This document shows, piece after piece, positions 23,238-32,556 of a stretch of DNA of 64,000 bases. Position 1 is the stretch's first letter; every line of letters begins with the position of its first letter. Under the pieces are notes generated by a model. It was not told the DNA's origin, ran no database searches, and saw only the letters and a program-made list of their open reading frames with translations. Made by a program: the position numbers and the translations under genes. The DNA is taken from contig OZ251226.1 of assembly GCA_965240325.2 (NCBI GenBank), forward strand, positions 1,860,001 to 1,924,000, read 5' to 3'. This DNA comes from Rebecca billardiae RCC1528. Its lineage: Eukaryota > Protista > Haptophyta.

Positions 23238-26200
23238 ATGGTCATCCTCGACCTTGACCGCCGCAACCAACTCGAGCAGGTACTCCTCGACCCCGAGCTG
23301 CCCATGAGGCGGCATGGAGCCGCGCGCCACGAGCTCGACCGAGACCGTCTCGAGAGGCTCTTTGCCGAGTTCAACCTGACGCCAAACGTCGATGGCAAGA
23401 CCTTCGTGCTGCAGGGCAAGCGAAAGCGCATGCCCAGAACGCGCAAGAGCTGGGACCAGCTACGCCGCACGCTCGAGAGGCTTGAGAAGCACCAGCCTAT
23501 GGAGACCGAGCTGAAGGCGATGGGCATCGACCTACAAGGCGGGCAGTTCACGCTCCAAGGGCGCAAGAGACGCCTCCCTCGCACGTCCGAGGGCATGAGG
23601 AAGCTGCGCAAGCAGATTGGATTCACCGCCAAGATGCTGAATGATGGCATGACCAGGGTGGCTGTGCATGGGCCGGAGATCACCAAGGAGACGACCTTCA
23701 CCATGCCAATCTCGATGCAGGTGGAGGCGACGGCGCCTCTGCTCATGCGAGAGCAAGCGCTCTACCAGATGCCGTCGCATCTGACAAGCGCAATCCACGA
23801 CTTTGTCGCTGAGACGATCGAGAAGGAGCTGATGCGCGGAGCATCGAGTCGGCTCAAGGTGAGGGTCATCATCGAGACGCTGCATGTGAAGAGCACCAAG
23901 GGTGTCTTTGCGGTCGAGATGCCGAGCCTGCCCGAGGACGCCTACCGCCGCATGATCGAACGAGGGCACCCCACCATCTCGAAGTCAAGTCGCTCCATTG
24001 CCGGCAAAGCAGTTTGGCAGCAGGAGCCGCAGCCGCTCATCGATCTCGTCAACGAGATGATCACAGACGCCTTCGAGCAGCGGCAGTCAATCTACGCGGA
24101 CAAGCCAATCGCCCTCAGCCGGATGTGGATAACCAGCGGCATGGTGACGCCTCGCGGAGCGACATCCGGGAGCAGCTACGTGAAGCTCGAAGGGCGGTGG
24201 GCGAACGCCAAGATGGGCATCGTCAACCCCAAGAACCAAGACCTCAAGTGCTTCATGGCCGCGCTGCAGGCGGCAAAGGCTGTGGAGAGCGGCGTTGCCC
24301 ACCCCGAGCGGCCGAGCGTCCACCGGAAGTTCCTCGTGACCGAGCCCGAGGGTGCTGTCTACCCTGTGGACATCGGTGAGATCCGCGCATGGGAGGTCGC
24401 CAACAACCTGGCCATCACAGCCTATCGCCTTCCCGAGGACGGTGGGCAGGCGCAGGTGATGCGACTGCCGACGCCGCAGGATTTCCACAACCTGCCTCGG
24501 GTGACCCTCGGGCTCTACAAGGAGCACTGGGTCTTCTGCCGCTCCGCCGATGCCATTTGCGCAAATACCACCTATATCTACTGCGAGCTGTGTCTCAAAA
24601 AGTTCCCGTTCAACGCTCGCGCCAAGCGAGATGAGCATCAGGAGACGTGCCATGACTCGTGGACGGTTAACTACGATGCTCAGACTGAGGAGCAGAAATT
24701 AGCCAGCTACATGACGCCTCGCGAGGCTGCGGCCGGCAAAGATTACCAGACCTCTATCGAGTACACGGGAGGCATCGAGCAGATCGTCAAGCCGCTGGTG
24801 ATCCACGCCGATTTCGAGACCGTGACCATCGACGGTGAGATGAGGCCATATGCCGTCGGCCTCATTGAGACCTGGAGCGACGGAGCCATCAAGTACGTGA
24901 CCTTCACCGGGCCTGAGTGCCATATTGATCTGGTGGTCTACCTGCTGGAGACATACCCGAGCTACCTGGATACTGCAAGCAGGCACTCTGCGCTTAAGAA
25001 ACGCTCCTTCACACATGAGACCCAGCAGGCTTTCGATAGTGCCACCTGCTGCTACCTCTGCGACGGCGAATTCGGCGAGACCAAAAATTTCGACCATGAC
25101 CACTACACTGGCGCATATCGCGGTGCTGCTTGCACAAAGTGCAACCTGCATGCATCCACGACGAATCTCATGGCGAGCGTACCAGTATTCTTTCACAACC
25201 TCACCGGCTTTGACGCCAATTTCCTGATCCAGGCCCTCGGCTCCGAGCGGGTGCAAGGGCTGATGAACGAGATGGCCAGGATAAAGCAGAACCGCAAAAC
25301 GGAGATCCTCAAGAAAAGGATCGAGGCGCAGGAGGCGCTTCTCGTCTCGTGCGCAGTAAGAGGAGACAACTATGACACTGCGCAAATCACCAGCCTCGAG
25401 CGCGAGCTCGCGAGCACGCGCCCCACCAAAGCGCTCAAAACCGACATCATTCTCCAGAACACGCAGCGACTCAAGCAGCTGACTATCGGCGGCTTTTGCT
25501 TCAAAGACACGATGGCTTTCATGAAAGAATCGCTGGAGACGCTCCTAGACAACCTGGACCCCGCGGACATGCGGAACTTGCGCTCGTTTGCCAGCGATTG
25601 GGCGCGAGCCCGAGGACTCGACCCAGAAGTCGTATTCGAGGCCGCGCGGCGCAAGGGCATTTTCCCCTACGAGATTCCGTGGCACCTCGAGCTGGATACG
25701 CCCATTGACACGCTCATCGAAAAATACCCCGACCTCTTCTTGTCCAAGCTTAAATCGAGCTTCGGTATCGCAGGCCAGGACCAACACTTTGAGGCGGGCG
25801 AGGATGAGGCGATCGTCAAGCTCGTGCAACTCAAGTCGGCGGTCGGGCTGGAGACGATGAGAGACCTCCTCGACTGGTACCTCGCTATCGACGTTCACGG
25901 GCAGGCAGACGTCTTCACCAACTTCCAGCACCTCTTTCACACCAACTTTGGCCTGGACCCGAGCTGGTTTCTCTCGGCGCCGCAATCCTTCTTCAAGACG
26001 ATGCTCAAGACCACGGGGCAAAAGATCGAGCTCTGGCAAGACTCGAAAGACGTGGACTTTGCTTCCAAGTGCATTCGAGGCGGCTACACAGATGTGCGCC
26101 ACAAGCTGCAGACGGCAGGAGGAGGCGTGCATATCGGCTACTTTGACGCCAACAACTTGTACGGCTGGGCGATGAAGCTCAAGATGCCAGTAGGCGCGCC

Positions 26201-27512
26201 CTGGGATGTTGAGCCCGAGGACTTTGACCTGCACGACCCCCGGTATGGGCGGCTACCGAGTGACCCCGGCGACCTCGATTTCCAAGGAGACATCGGAGCG
26301 TATGTGGAGATCGATGGCTACTATCCGGAGCACACGCACCAGCGCCTCAACGATTTTGTCCCGCTGCCCGAACACAGGGACGGCAAGCTCATCGCGCACC
26401 TCGACCCACGCGTCAACTATGTGTGCAGTGTGCTGAATCTGCAGAAGGCAGTCGAGCTCGGCTTTGTCGTGACAAAGGTCCATCGCGTGCTAGAGATGCA
26501 TCTAGCACCGTGGATGCGCGGCTATGTCGACCAGATGGCTGCGCTGCGCGCCCAGGCGAGAAACGACTTTGAGAAGAATTTCTTCAAACTAGGCCCGAAC
26601 TCGTGCTTTGGAAAAACCATGGAGCGCACGCTGCACCACCAGGATGCCGGCATCGTCTCTGGGAGTGTGATGGAGAAGCGCTTCCTCGACCCGCGCAGCC
26701 GGTACTCGAGGCATATCGGCGGCTCGCTCTTTCTCGTCTCTGGTGACAAGAAGCGATACCTCAAGACTACTCCTGTTCAATTGGGCGCGCTCATCCTTGA
26801 GAGCTCGAAGCTGCTCATGCAGACCTTTTGGTACGATGGCCTCAAGCCGGCGCTTCCAAACATCCAGCTCTGCATGACCGATACCGATTCCTTCATCTTC
26901 TCGGTGAACGACAAGAATTACAAGCACAAGATGAAAGAGCTCGCGCCGCGCTGGCTTGATATGCATGGCTACCACAAGCGCAACCCGATGCATGATGCCT
27001 CGAACCAGAAAGTGGTCGGCTACTTCAAGGACGAGTTCGCCAACGACCGCATTTGCGAGGTGGTGTGCAACGCGCCGAAATGTTACTCGGTCAGATCGAC
27101 AAAGAAACAGCTACGCAAGAACAAGGGCGTGCCATACAAAGTGGTGACGAAAGCACTGCAACATGGTCACTATCGCGATATCGTCCTCCGCGAGAAGGAG
27201 ACACACGTAGAATACTACCAGATTGCGCCGCGCTCGAATGTGGTGAGGATGGAACGCCGTGAGAAGGTGGCGCTCCGAAACTCGTACAACAAGGGTGTCG
27301 TGGCTGCGGACGGGCTGGAGATCCTATCGCTGGGCCACTACAAGCTCGATCCAAGGAGACACTTTGAGCGAATTATTCGGACACATGATTGGGACACGCT
27401 CACAGCAAGGAAGGCAGCGCAAATCATGGTCGACGAGTCTGGCTACGACGTGAGCCTCAAGTGGGCCAACCGAATAATGAACGAGTTCGTCACAGCTTGC
27501 TTGACGGGCTGA
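23238..27512 (+). CDS. polB: Protein-primed family B DNA polymerase (Maverick/Polinton type) with vOTU-like, zinc-finger and endonuclease VII-like domains
   Basis: Exonuclease motifs IHADFET, FHNLTGFD and YLAIDV; KGIFPYE; IRGG; polymerase motifs YFDANNLYGWAM, KLGPNSCFGK, TDTDS, FKDE, PKCY and KGV. CYLC...DHDHYTGAYRGAACTKCN is EndoVII-like. NPKNQDLKCF...EHW is a vOTU-like Cys/His pair. Confidence 0.95.
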   Translation: MVILDLDRRNQLEQVLLDPELPMRRHGAARHELDRDRLERLFAEFNLTPNVDGKTFVLQGKRKRMPRTRKSWDQLRRTLERLEKHQPMETELKAMGIDLQGGQFTLQGRKRRLPRTSEGMRKLRKQIGFTAKMLNDGMTRVAVHGPEITKETTFTMPISMQVEATAPLLMREQALYQMPSHLTSAIHDFVAETIEKELMRGASSRLKVRVIIETLHVKSTKGVFAVEMPSLPEDAYRRMIERGHPTISKSSRSIAGKAVWQQEPQPLIDLVNEMITDAFEQRQSIYADKPIALSRMWITSGMVTPRGATSGSSYVKLEGRWANAKMGIVNPKNQDLKCFMAALQAAKAVESGVAHPERPSVHRKFLVTEPEGAVYPVDIGEIRAWEVANNLAITAYRLPEDGGQAQVMRLPTPQDFHNLPRVTLGLYKEHWVFCRSADAICANTTYIYCELCLKKFPFNARAKRDEHQETCHDSWTVNYDAQTEEQKLASYMTPREAAAGKDYQTSIEYTGGIEQIVKPLVIHADFETVTIDGEMRPYAVGLIETWSDGAIKYVTFTGPECHIDLVVYLLETYPSYLDTASRHSALKKRSFTHETQQAFDSATCCYLCDGEFGETKNFDHDHYTGAYRGAACTKCNLHASTTNLMASVPVFFHNLTGFDANFLIQALGSERVQGLMNEMARIKQNRKTEILKKRIEAQEALLVSCAVRGDNYDTAQITSLERELASTRPTKALKTDIILQNTQRLKQLTIGGFCFKDTMAFMKESLETLLDNLDPADMRNLRSFASDWARARGLDPEVVFEAARRKGIFPYEIPWHLELDTPIDTLIEKYPDLFLSKLKSSFGIAGQDQHFEAGEDEAIVKLVQLKSAVGLETMRDLLDWYLAIDVHGQADVFTNFQHLFHTNFGLDPSWFLSAPQSFFKTMLKTTGQKIELWQDSKDVDFASKCIRGGYTDVRHKLQTAGGGVHIGYFDANNLYGWAMKLKMPVGAPWDVEPEDFDLHDPRYGRLPSDPGDLDFQGDIGAYVEIDGYYPEHTHQRLNDFVPLPEHRDGKLIAHLDPRVNYVCSVLNLQKAVELGFVVTKVHRVLEMHLAPWMRGYVDQMAALRAQARNDFEKNFFKLGPNSCFGKTMERTLHHQDAGIVSGSVMEKRFLDPRSRYSRHIGGSLFLVSGDKKRYLKTTPVQLGALILESSKLLMQTFWYDGLKPALPNIQLCMTDTDSFIFSVNDKNYKHKMKELAPRWLDMHGYHKRNPMHDASNQKVVGYFKDEFANDRICEVVCNAPKCYSVRSTKKQLRKNKGVPYKVVTKALQHGHYRDIVLREKETHVEYYQIAPRSNVVRMERREKVALRNSYNKGVVAADGLEILSLGHYKLDPRRHFERIIRTHDWDTLTARKAAQIMVDESGYDVSLKWANRIMNEFVTACLTG

Positions 27513-28410
27513 ACGATGACGACGGCGACGAGAACCGAGGTGTGGGATCGTACGGGATGACCTTGAGGAATGCCTTCGCCGCGTTTTCAGATACATTAAA
27601 ATCTCTGGCCAGCATCTTGCTCAGAGCTGTGCGCGATTCTTTCGGGTTGGCCTGCATCATGAGTATGATGGCATCGATGTTGTCGTCAAGGTGGTCTCTC
27701 GCTTCATTTCCGAAGAGCGGTTTTGAGGCCTGGGTGCCAGCCGTCTGCTGGGATGGCTGCTCCTGTGTGCCCATGGAACGCCTCTTTGGACCGCCAGCCT
27801 GCGTGCCAATCGCCGGGCGCTCTGGCACCCCCTGAGTGCCAGTTGAACGTCTCTTTGGACCGCCAGCCTGCGTGCCAATCGCCGGGCGTTCAGCCGGAGG
27901 AGGCATCTCCTGAGTACCCATGGAGCGTCTCTTGGTGCTCGCCTGAGTACCTGTAGAGTGCTGCTCTGGCCGCAGGTTCCGAACGACTCTGTCCGTCTCA
28001 ACACCAATCGATCGCCGCTCTGGCACGGCGCTTGTGGAGACAGGCAGAGGCTGCTTGTTTACTATGAGTCTGCTCATGGCCTGACCAGACGCATCGCGTG
28101 TAGGCAGGCGAATCTGCCGAGCACGAAATTCGTTGACACCATCGCTAAAGGGGAGCAAGGAATCGATGGAAGGCACTCGCCTGCCCACTGCAGCCGTCTG
28201 GTTTGTGGGCGGCGGTCTCGTGGGCTTGATCAGCGGCTTCATCACAATCGGCTCGGCCGAATACGTCAATCGTCTCGAAGACGGCGTAGGCACGGATCCG
28301 CTCCAGTATTCTTTCCCTCGGCTGTGAAAGGAGCCTCCATACGGTTTGCCCTCGAGCCGAAAATGCGTGGTCTTGGTCGGCAGGAATCGCTCGCGATGTA
28401 TGGCCTGCAT
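27490..28410 (-). CDS. Viral hypothetical protein with seven GTQ repeats
   Basis: 306-aa ORF whose ATG directly abuts the ATPase stop; contains a 69-bp internal DNA repeat encoding ERPAIGTQAGGPKRRS(T/M)GTQ. Confidence 0.75.
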   Translation of the reverse strand: MQAIHRERFLPTKTTHFRLEGKPYGGSFHSRGKEYWSGSVPTPSSRRLTYSAEPIVMKPLIKPTRPPPTNQTAAVGRRVPSIDSLLPFSDGVNEFRARQIRLPTRDASGQAMSRLIVNKQPLPVSTSAVPERRSIGVETDRVVRNLRPEQHSTGTQASTKRRSMGTQEMPPPAERPAIGTQAGGPKRRSTGTQGVPERPAIGTQAGGPKRRSMGTQEQPSQQTAGTQASKPLFGNEARDHLDDNIDAIILMMQANPKESRTALSKMLARDFNVSENAAKAFLKVIPYDPTPRFSSPSSSFSPSSKL

Positions 28411-29106
28411 CTATAATAGTAATGATAATTTATTCCACTCTCTGTGGAGCGTACCATGGTCTGCATTAAGAAATAAAAAAGTGTGCGGATCGCCATCGCC
28501 AAAAATGTACTGATACACTGTAGCAAAGTCTGAGCGAGGCATCATGATCAATTCAGAGCGCAGAGCCTCTAGCTCCTTGGTATTGTTGGGCTTGAACACG
28601 GTCACATGCGAGAATAATTTTCGTATAGTCAGTGGCACCGATATGTAACCCTGTGATATAACAATGATACTGAGTTTGTAGTGTCGCCTGTTCTGAACGA
28701 TACGCGAATACAGGCGTTGTAAATTTGGGTCTTTTAGTGACGCAGCAAAATCATCTATAATAAGGAGCGTCGGCAAAGGCATATTCGACTCGGCAATGCT
28801 GAGCACATTCTGAAGTGTCTCTGCCGTCAGCTCGTGGTACACATATTGGAGCGTGGCTAGCGGGGAATTTTGGAAGCTGTCCACCGAGGTGCGAGGAGCC
28901 ACGAAGATTACGTTGGCAAAGACTCGTTTATAGGGCCCAGTGATCAAGCCCACTACCTGGCTGGATTTGCCGCTACGGGGTGGGCCAAAGACGCCCCAAT
29001 GAAAGCTCGTGTTTGGGAGAGGCTCTGGCAGGCCTGGCTTTAGAGGCTTGTCCGCACTGATTCTAGGCAGCGGGAGCTCTATGTGATGCGCGATCTCGTT
29101 GATCAT
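28411..29106 (-). CDS. A32-like (FtsK/HerA) genome packaging ATPase
   Basis: Walker A GPPRSGKS, Walker B LLIIDD, and NRRHYKLSIIVISQ...IR typical of Polinton/PLV ATPases. Confidence 0.92.
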   Translation of the reverse strand: MINEIAHHIELPLPRISADKPLKPGLPEPLPNTSFHWGVFGPPRSGKSSQVVGLITGPYKRVFANVIFVAPRTSVDSFQNSPLATLQYVYHELTAETLQNVLSIAESNMPLPTLLIIDDFAASLKDPNLQRLYSRIVQNRRHYKLSIIVISQGYISVPLTIRKLFSHVTVFKPNNTKELEALRSELIMMPRSDFATVYQYIFGDGDPHTFLFLNADHGTLHREWNKLSLLL

Positions 29107-29432
29107 ATAAACCGCATGATTCTTTTTTGGGATGTCTTGACAGGGGTCACCTCCGGGGTCACCGCCTCTGGGGTCACCTCTTCCTCGCCTGCCAGCTCGA
29201 TCGATTCGACCGGCTGCCTGACAATGCTCGGCGGCGTCTTGCTTGGTGGGCGCCTGGGTGTGGGTGCTTTTGGCCCGACCTCGCCGCCGATTTCTTCGAG
29301 CTTGGCTTTCGCATCCTCTGCCAGCTTGGTGTATGTGGCCGCATGTGTCTCATATGTCACAACCTGGCGTTTCAGGCGCATGCGCTCCGTCGCCAGCTGC
29401 TGCGCCTCGCTGCGTGTCTTTTTATTCTCCAT
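29103..29432 (-). CDS. Viral hypothetical protein (coiled-coil N-terminus, VTPE repeats)
   Basis: 109-aa ATG ORF whose stop overlaps the ATPase start (ATGA). Confidence 0.6.
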   Translation of the reverse strand: MENKKTRSEAQQLATERMRLKRQVVTYETHAATYTKLAEDAKAKLEEIGGEVGPKAPTPRRPPSKTPPSIVRQPVESIELAGEEEVTPEAVTPEVTPVKTSQKRIMRFI

Positions 29433-29545
29433 CTTCTATATGCAAGCAGAGAATATTTTGGATTTCAGCCGAGAGGATGCATTGGCATGGTACATCTCCA
29501 AGAAGCTCGGCACGAGCGATGATGAAATAATATCGGCACTAATTC

Positions 29546-30283
29546 ATGCTGCACCTGCACACGACAAGTCAGGGCGATGTGTTCCCACTGGGCCGAGCCA
29601 AGACGAGCTGCGTGAATTTCACACTGAGCCACCCAATCATGGCGGCAAGCGATGAGGTCATATTTGTATCTGTCGATAGCCTGTGTGTGCCTAATACGCG
29701 CTATGCCGTAGACAGCTCGAATAATAGCGTGGGTGCCGCCTCCGACTGGGGCGACACAACGCTCACGCTCACCCCGAAGAATTATACCGCTAGCACGCTA
29801 GTCACGGAGATCAACTCGGCATTGTCTAGCATCAACGTGACTGCTGCTTTCGACTCGGCCACTGGCAAGCTTACATTCTCGACGTCACATGGTTTCGACA
29901 CCACCATCAAGGGCACGAGCAGCGCTTCGCGCGTGCTCGGCCTCTGTCGCACAGACTTGGTAATACCTGCTGGCGGCAGTATAGAGGCACCCGGCGTGGT
30001 GGACCTGCTCAGCCGAGGCTTTGCGCTAACCTGCGAAGGGTTGGATGTCAAGAGCAGAGACTCGTCCAACTCGGGCTCATCAAGCAATATTTTGTGCGTG
30101 GTGCATATCGACAAGCCTTTCGGCCAGACTGTACTGTACACTGATGCGAACAATGACATTTTGCAGTGCAACCGCCGGAGTATACAAAATATCGAGCTCC
30201 AGCTGATCGATCTCGAGACCATGCAGCCGGTGGAGCTGAATGGAGCCGAGTGGTCTGTCAACCTGAAATTCCAAATTTCTTAA
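29546..30283 (+). CDS. Minor capsid (penton) protein
   Basis: Beta-rich 245 aa directly upstream of the major capsid gene; PLV penton-like motifs VPNTRYAVDSSNN, KNYTASTL and IQNIELQLID...ELNGAEWSVNLKF. Confidence 0.8.
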   Translation: MLHLHTTSQGDVFPLGRAKTSCVNFTLSHPIMAASDEVIFVSVDSLCVPNTRYAVDSSNNSVGAASDWGDTTLTLTPKNYTASTLVTEINSALSSINVTAAFDSATGKLTFSTSHGFDTTIKGTSSASRVLGLCRTDLVIPAGGSIEAPGVVDLLSRGFALTCEGLDVKSRDSSNSGSSSNILCVVHIDKPFGQTVLYTDANNDILQCNRRSIQNIELQLIDLETMQPVELNGAEWSVNLKFQIS

Positions 30284-30308
30284 GAAATATTTCCTGGCCA
30301 TAGTACTT

Positions 30309-31622
30309 ATGGCTTACGCCGGCAAGCGTGTGACGAACGATATTCGCGGTGATGACGCGATGGTGCTCGAGCAGGAGGAGACGGCTCCGAGCTACTATGA
30401 CTTCTCAAACCCCAAGCCCGTCGCCGTTGGCGCTGCCTACAAGAGGTCGACGATATATGCAGGCCCGTCGTCTAGCTTCACAAGTGGCCAGGTGATGCAA
30501 TTCGATATCCCGACTGGCACGCCCGGCGCGATGATGGACCCGTCGCAGACAGTCCTGCAGTTTACAATCCACAACACCTCTGGCCAGCCTCTCACGCTCT
30601 CAAGGTCTGCATACTCGTGCATCGAGCGCATTGACGCCTACCACGGCAGCCAGATGATCGCAAGCACTGGCAAGGCAGGCCTGCTGCACAATGTCTTGCT
30701 CGACTTCCAGTCGGGCGCATCTTCGGGCTTCTCCACCGGCAGCATGCTGGGCTGTGCCGACTACGAGATGCCTGCCGCATATGCAGCCGCCGATGTTGAG
30801 AGCGCGCTTTACCCGACAACCGGTGAGACAATTGCCAACAATGCCCGGAAGACGGTTACCCTCCCACTCGCGTACGTGTTTGGCGCTCTGTGTGGTAAGG
30901 CGGTGCCGCTCTCTGAGCTGCACCAAGGCCTTCGTGTGGACATCCATGTGGCCAACATGCTCGACTTTGGCGTGTATGATGCCGACCCAGGCACTACCTC
31001 CCCCACGCTTGAGACGGTCAAGATGCAGCTCGGCATGGTCATGCTGAGCGATAGTGCCTACACCAAGATGGTTCGCTCGCTCGATCGGATCTACATCCCA
31101 TCGATGTCCTACCTCCATGCCTCCCACTCGGTGGCTGCAAACACGTCGACGGCCTGGCAGTTGCCGTTCCGCCTGGCCTCGGTCAACATGATCATCCTGG
31201 CTGCGGTGCCGAATACCAGTGAGAACGCCTTTGGTGGCGACATCACGACTCGCACGCGAGCGGCGCTCACCAAGTGGCAGTTGCGCATCGGCTCTACCCT
31301 CGTGCCGGATCAGCCAGTCTCTGCCACCCACGGCGGCGCAGAGACGCGCGCTGAGCTCGTTCGCGCCTTCAACGCGCTCGGCATTGCCGATTATGCCTCT
31401 CGCGTGAGCGGCACGGCCTTTGACGATGCGGCTTTCTGCATCGCCTTCAACACGAGCGCCTTCTCGCAGTCCGACATCCTCTTCGACGGTCGCCGACTCG
31501 ATACGGAGTACGCCATCTTTGAGGCGGACACGAACAGCGGGGCATCTTTCAAGTGGCATGCCTGGGCGCTCCATGATGTGATGATGGGGGTCTCACAGAA
31601 CCAGCTTAATTTCGCCATTTAA
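30309..31622 (+). CDS. Major capsid protein (double jelly-roll, PLV type)
   Basis: 437 aa; N-terminal SFTSGQVMQFDIP..GAMMDPSQTVLQF and SCIERIDAYHGSQMI resemble PLV major capsid proteins; size and gene context fit. Confidence 0.85.
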   Translation: MAYAGKRVTNDIRGDDAMVLEQEETAPSYYDFSNPKPVAVGAAYKRSTIYAGPSSSFTSGQVMQFDIPTGTPGAMMDPSQTVLQFTIHNTSGQPLTLSRSAYSCIERIDAYHGSQMIASTGKAGLLHNVLLDFQSGASSGFSTGSMLGCADYEMPAAYAAADVESALYPTTGETIANNARKTVTLPLAYVFGALCGKAVPLSELHQGLRVDIHVANMLDFGVYDADPGTTSPTLETVKMQLGMVMLSDSAYTKMVRSLDRIYIPSMSYLHASHSVAANTSTAWQLPFRLASVNMIILAAVPNTSENAFGGDITTRTRAALTKWQLRIGSTLVPDQPVSATHGGAETRAELVRAFNALGIADYASRVSGTAFDDAAFCIAFNTSAFSQSDILFDGRRLDTEYAIFEADTNSGASFKWHAWALHDVMMGVSQNQLNFAI

Positions 31623-31639
31623 TTTCGCTCTATATATAC

Positions 31640-31933
31640 ATGAGTTTTCTAGGTAGACTCGTTAGAGATGCGCGCGGAAAGATCGGCGGGCTGGCTAACA
31701 CCGCCCGAAGGCTCGGCAGACCTATCAGCTCTGCAATCCATCACCTAAAGCCCTGTGTAGACAAGGTGGGTGGGGACGTCACCCAATTCTTGAACGAAGT
31801 CGATCGCACCGAAGGCCTCGGTGATATCGCCTCACCTTATACGGCCGCTGGAAGGCGGGCCATACAGCGTGGGCGTCAGATCTCCAACCGTCTGGACCAG
31901 GGGGCTCGCAGAGCCGACCGGTTTCTACGCTAG
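31640..31933 (+). CDS. Small basic amphipathic protein (candidate membrane-lytic or core protein)
   Basis: 97 aa, Arg/Gly-rich, N-terminus MSFLGRLVRDARGKIGGL; immediately after the major capsid gene with an AT-rich leader. Confidence 0.65.
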   Translation: MSFLGRLVRDARGKIGGLANTARRLGRPISSAIHHLKPCVDKVGGDVTQFLNEVDRTEGLGDIASPYTAAGRRAIQRGRQISNRLDQGARRADRFLR

Positions 31934-32542
31934 GCGGTGCTGCTCTCGTAAAAAGCGGATTGGGCGCGTGAACGCGTCTGCGCTGATGCGCCCGACCGTC
32001 TTCCGACTGCCCCCTCGCTGAGTGAGCGAGAGTGCCGACACGATATCGCCTGGAGAGCGGACATCGAATTGTGTCTTTGGTAAGACCTTTCCGATATCCT
32101 TCAACCCAGCACCTTTTTGGGATGTATGCACCTGAGCTGCGCCAGAGTTTTCGGCTATGTGCCCGCCCAAGCTGTGGCCCATGGCTGACGTCACGCCATA
32201 TTTTCGCCGCACAATCTCGACCAGCTTTCGGGCTCGCTGGTGGCGCGGATCATATACAGAGAACCCGAGCGCGAGTAGCACATCGGACACTGCCCAGTCG
32301 GCAAAGCTGACACTGCCTCGAAATAGGACTAGCGGCCGGCCTGATGCTATGTGCACCAATACCTTGTCTTCGTCAGACGAGAGTCTGACGTCAAGCCGAT
32401 ACCGCGGCTTTACGTGCTCGCGCGCCTGCTCGAGCGTCATGTATGATGCTTCTAGCAACATGCGCCTGTCTTTTTGGAGGGTCGTCCCCGAATCGAATAG
32501 CATGCGCTCGCCTTCCTGGGTTGAGATGGTGGGGATATTCAT
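31925..32542 (-). CDS. Lipase class 3-like alpha/beta hydrolase
   Basis: VLFRGS..DW, nucleophile elbow GHSLGG and DIVS; a common PLV/virophage accessory gene. Confidence 0.85.
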   Translation of the reverse strand: MNIPTISTQEGERMLFDSGTTLQKDRRMLLEASYMTLEQAREHVKPRYRLDVRLSSDEDKVLVHIASGRPLVLFRGSVSFADWAVSDVLLALGFSVYDPRHQRARKLVEIVRRKYGVTSAMGHSLGGHIAENSGAAQVHTSQKGAGLKDIGKVLPKTQFDVRSPGDIVSALSLTQRGGSRKTVGRISADAFTRPIRFLREQHRLA

Positions 32543-32556
32543 ATTACTGCACAGTT

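Noticed and set aside
29440-29655. Short ORF MQAENILDFSRE... upstream of the minor capsid gene
   Set aside because: Overlaps the minor capsid ORF by ~110 bp and has no recognisable motif; cannot be supported.
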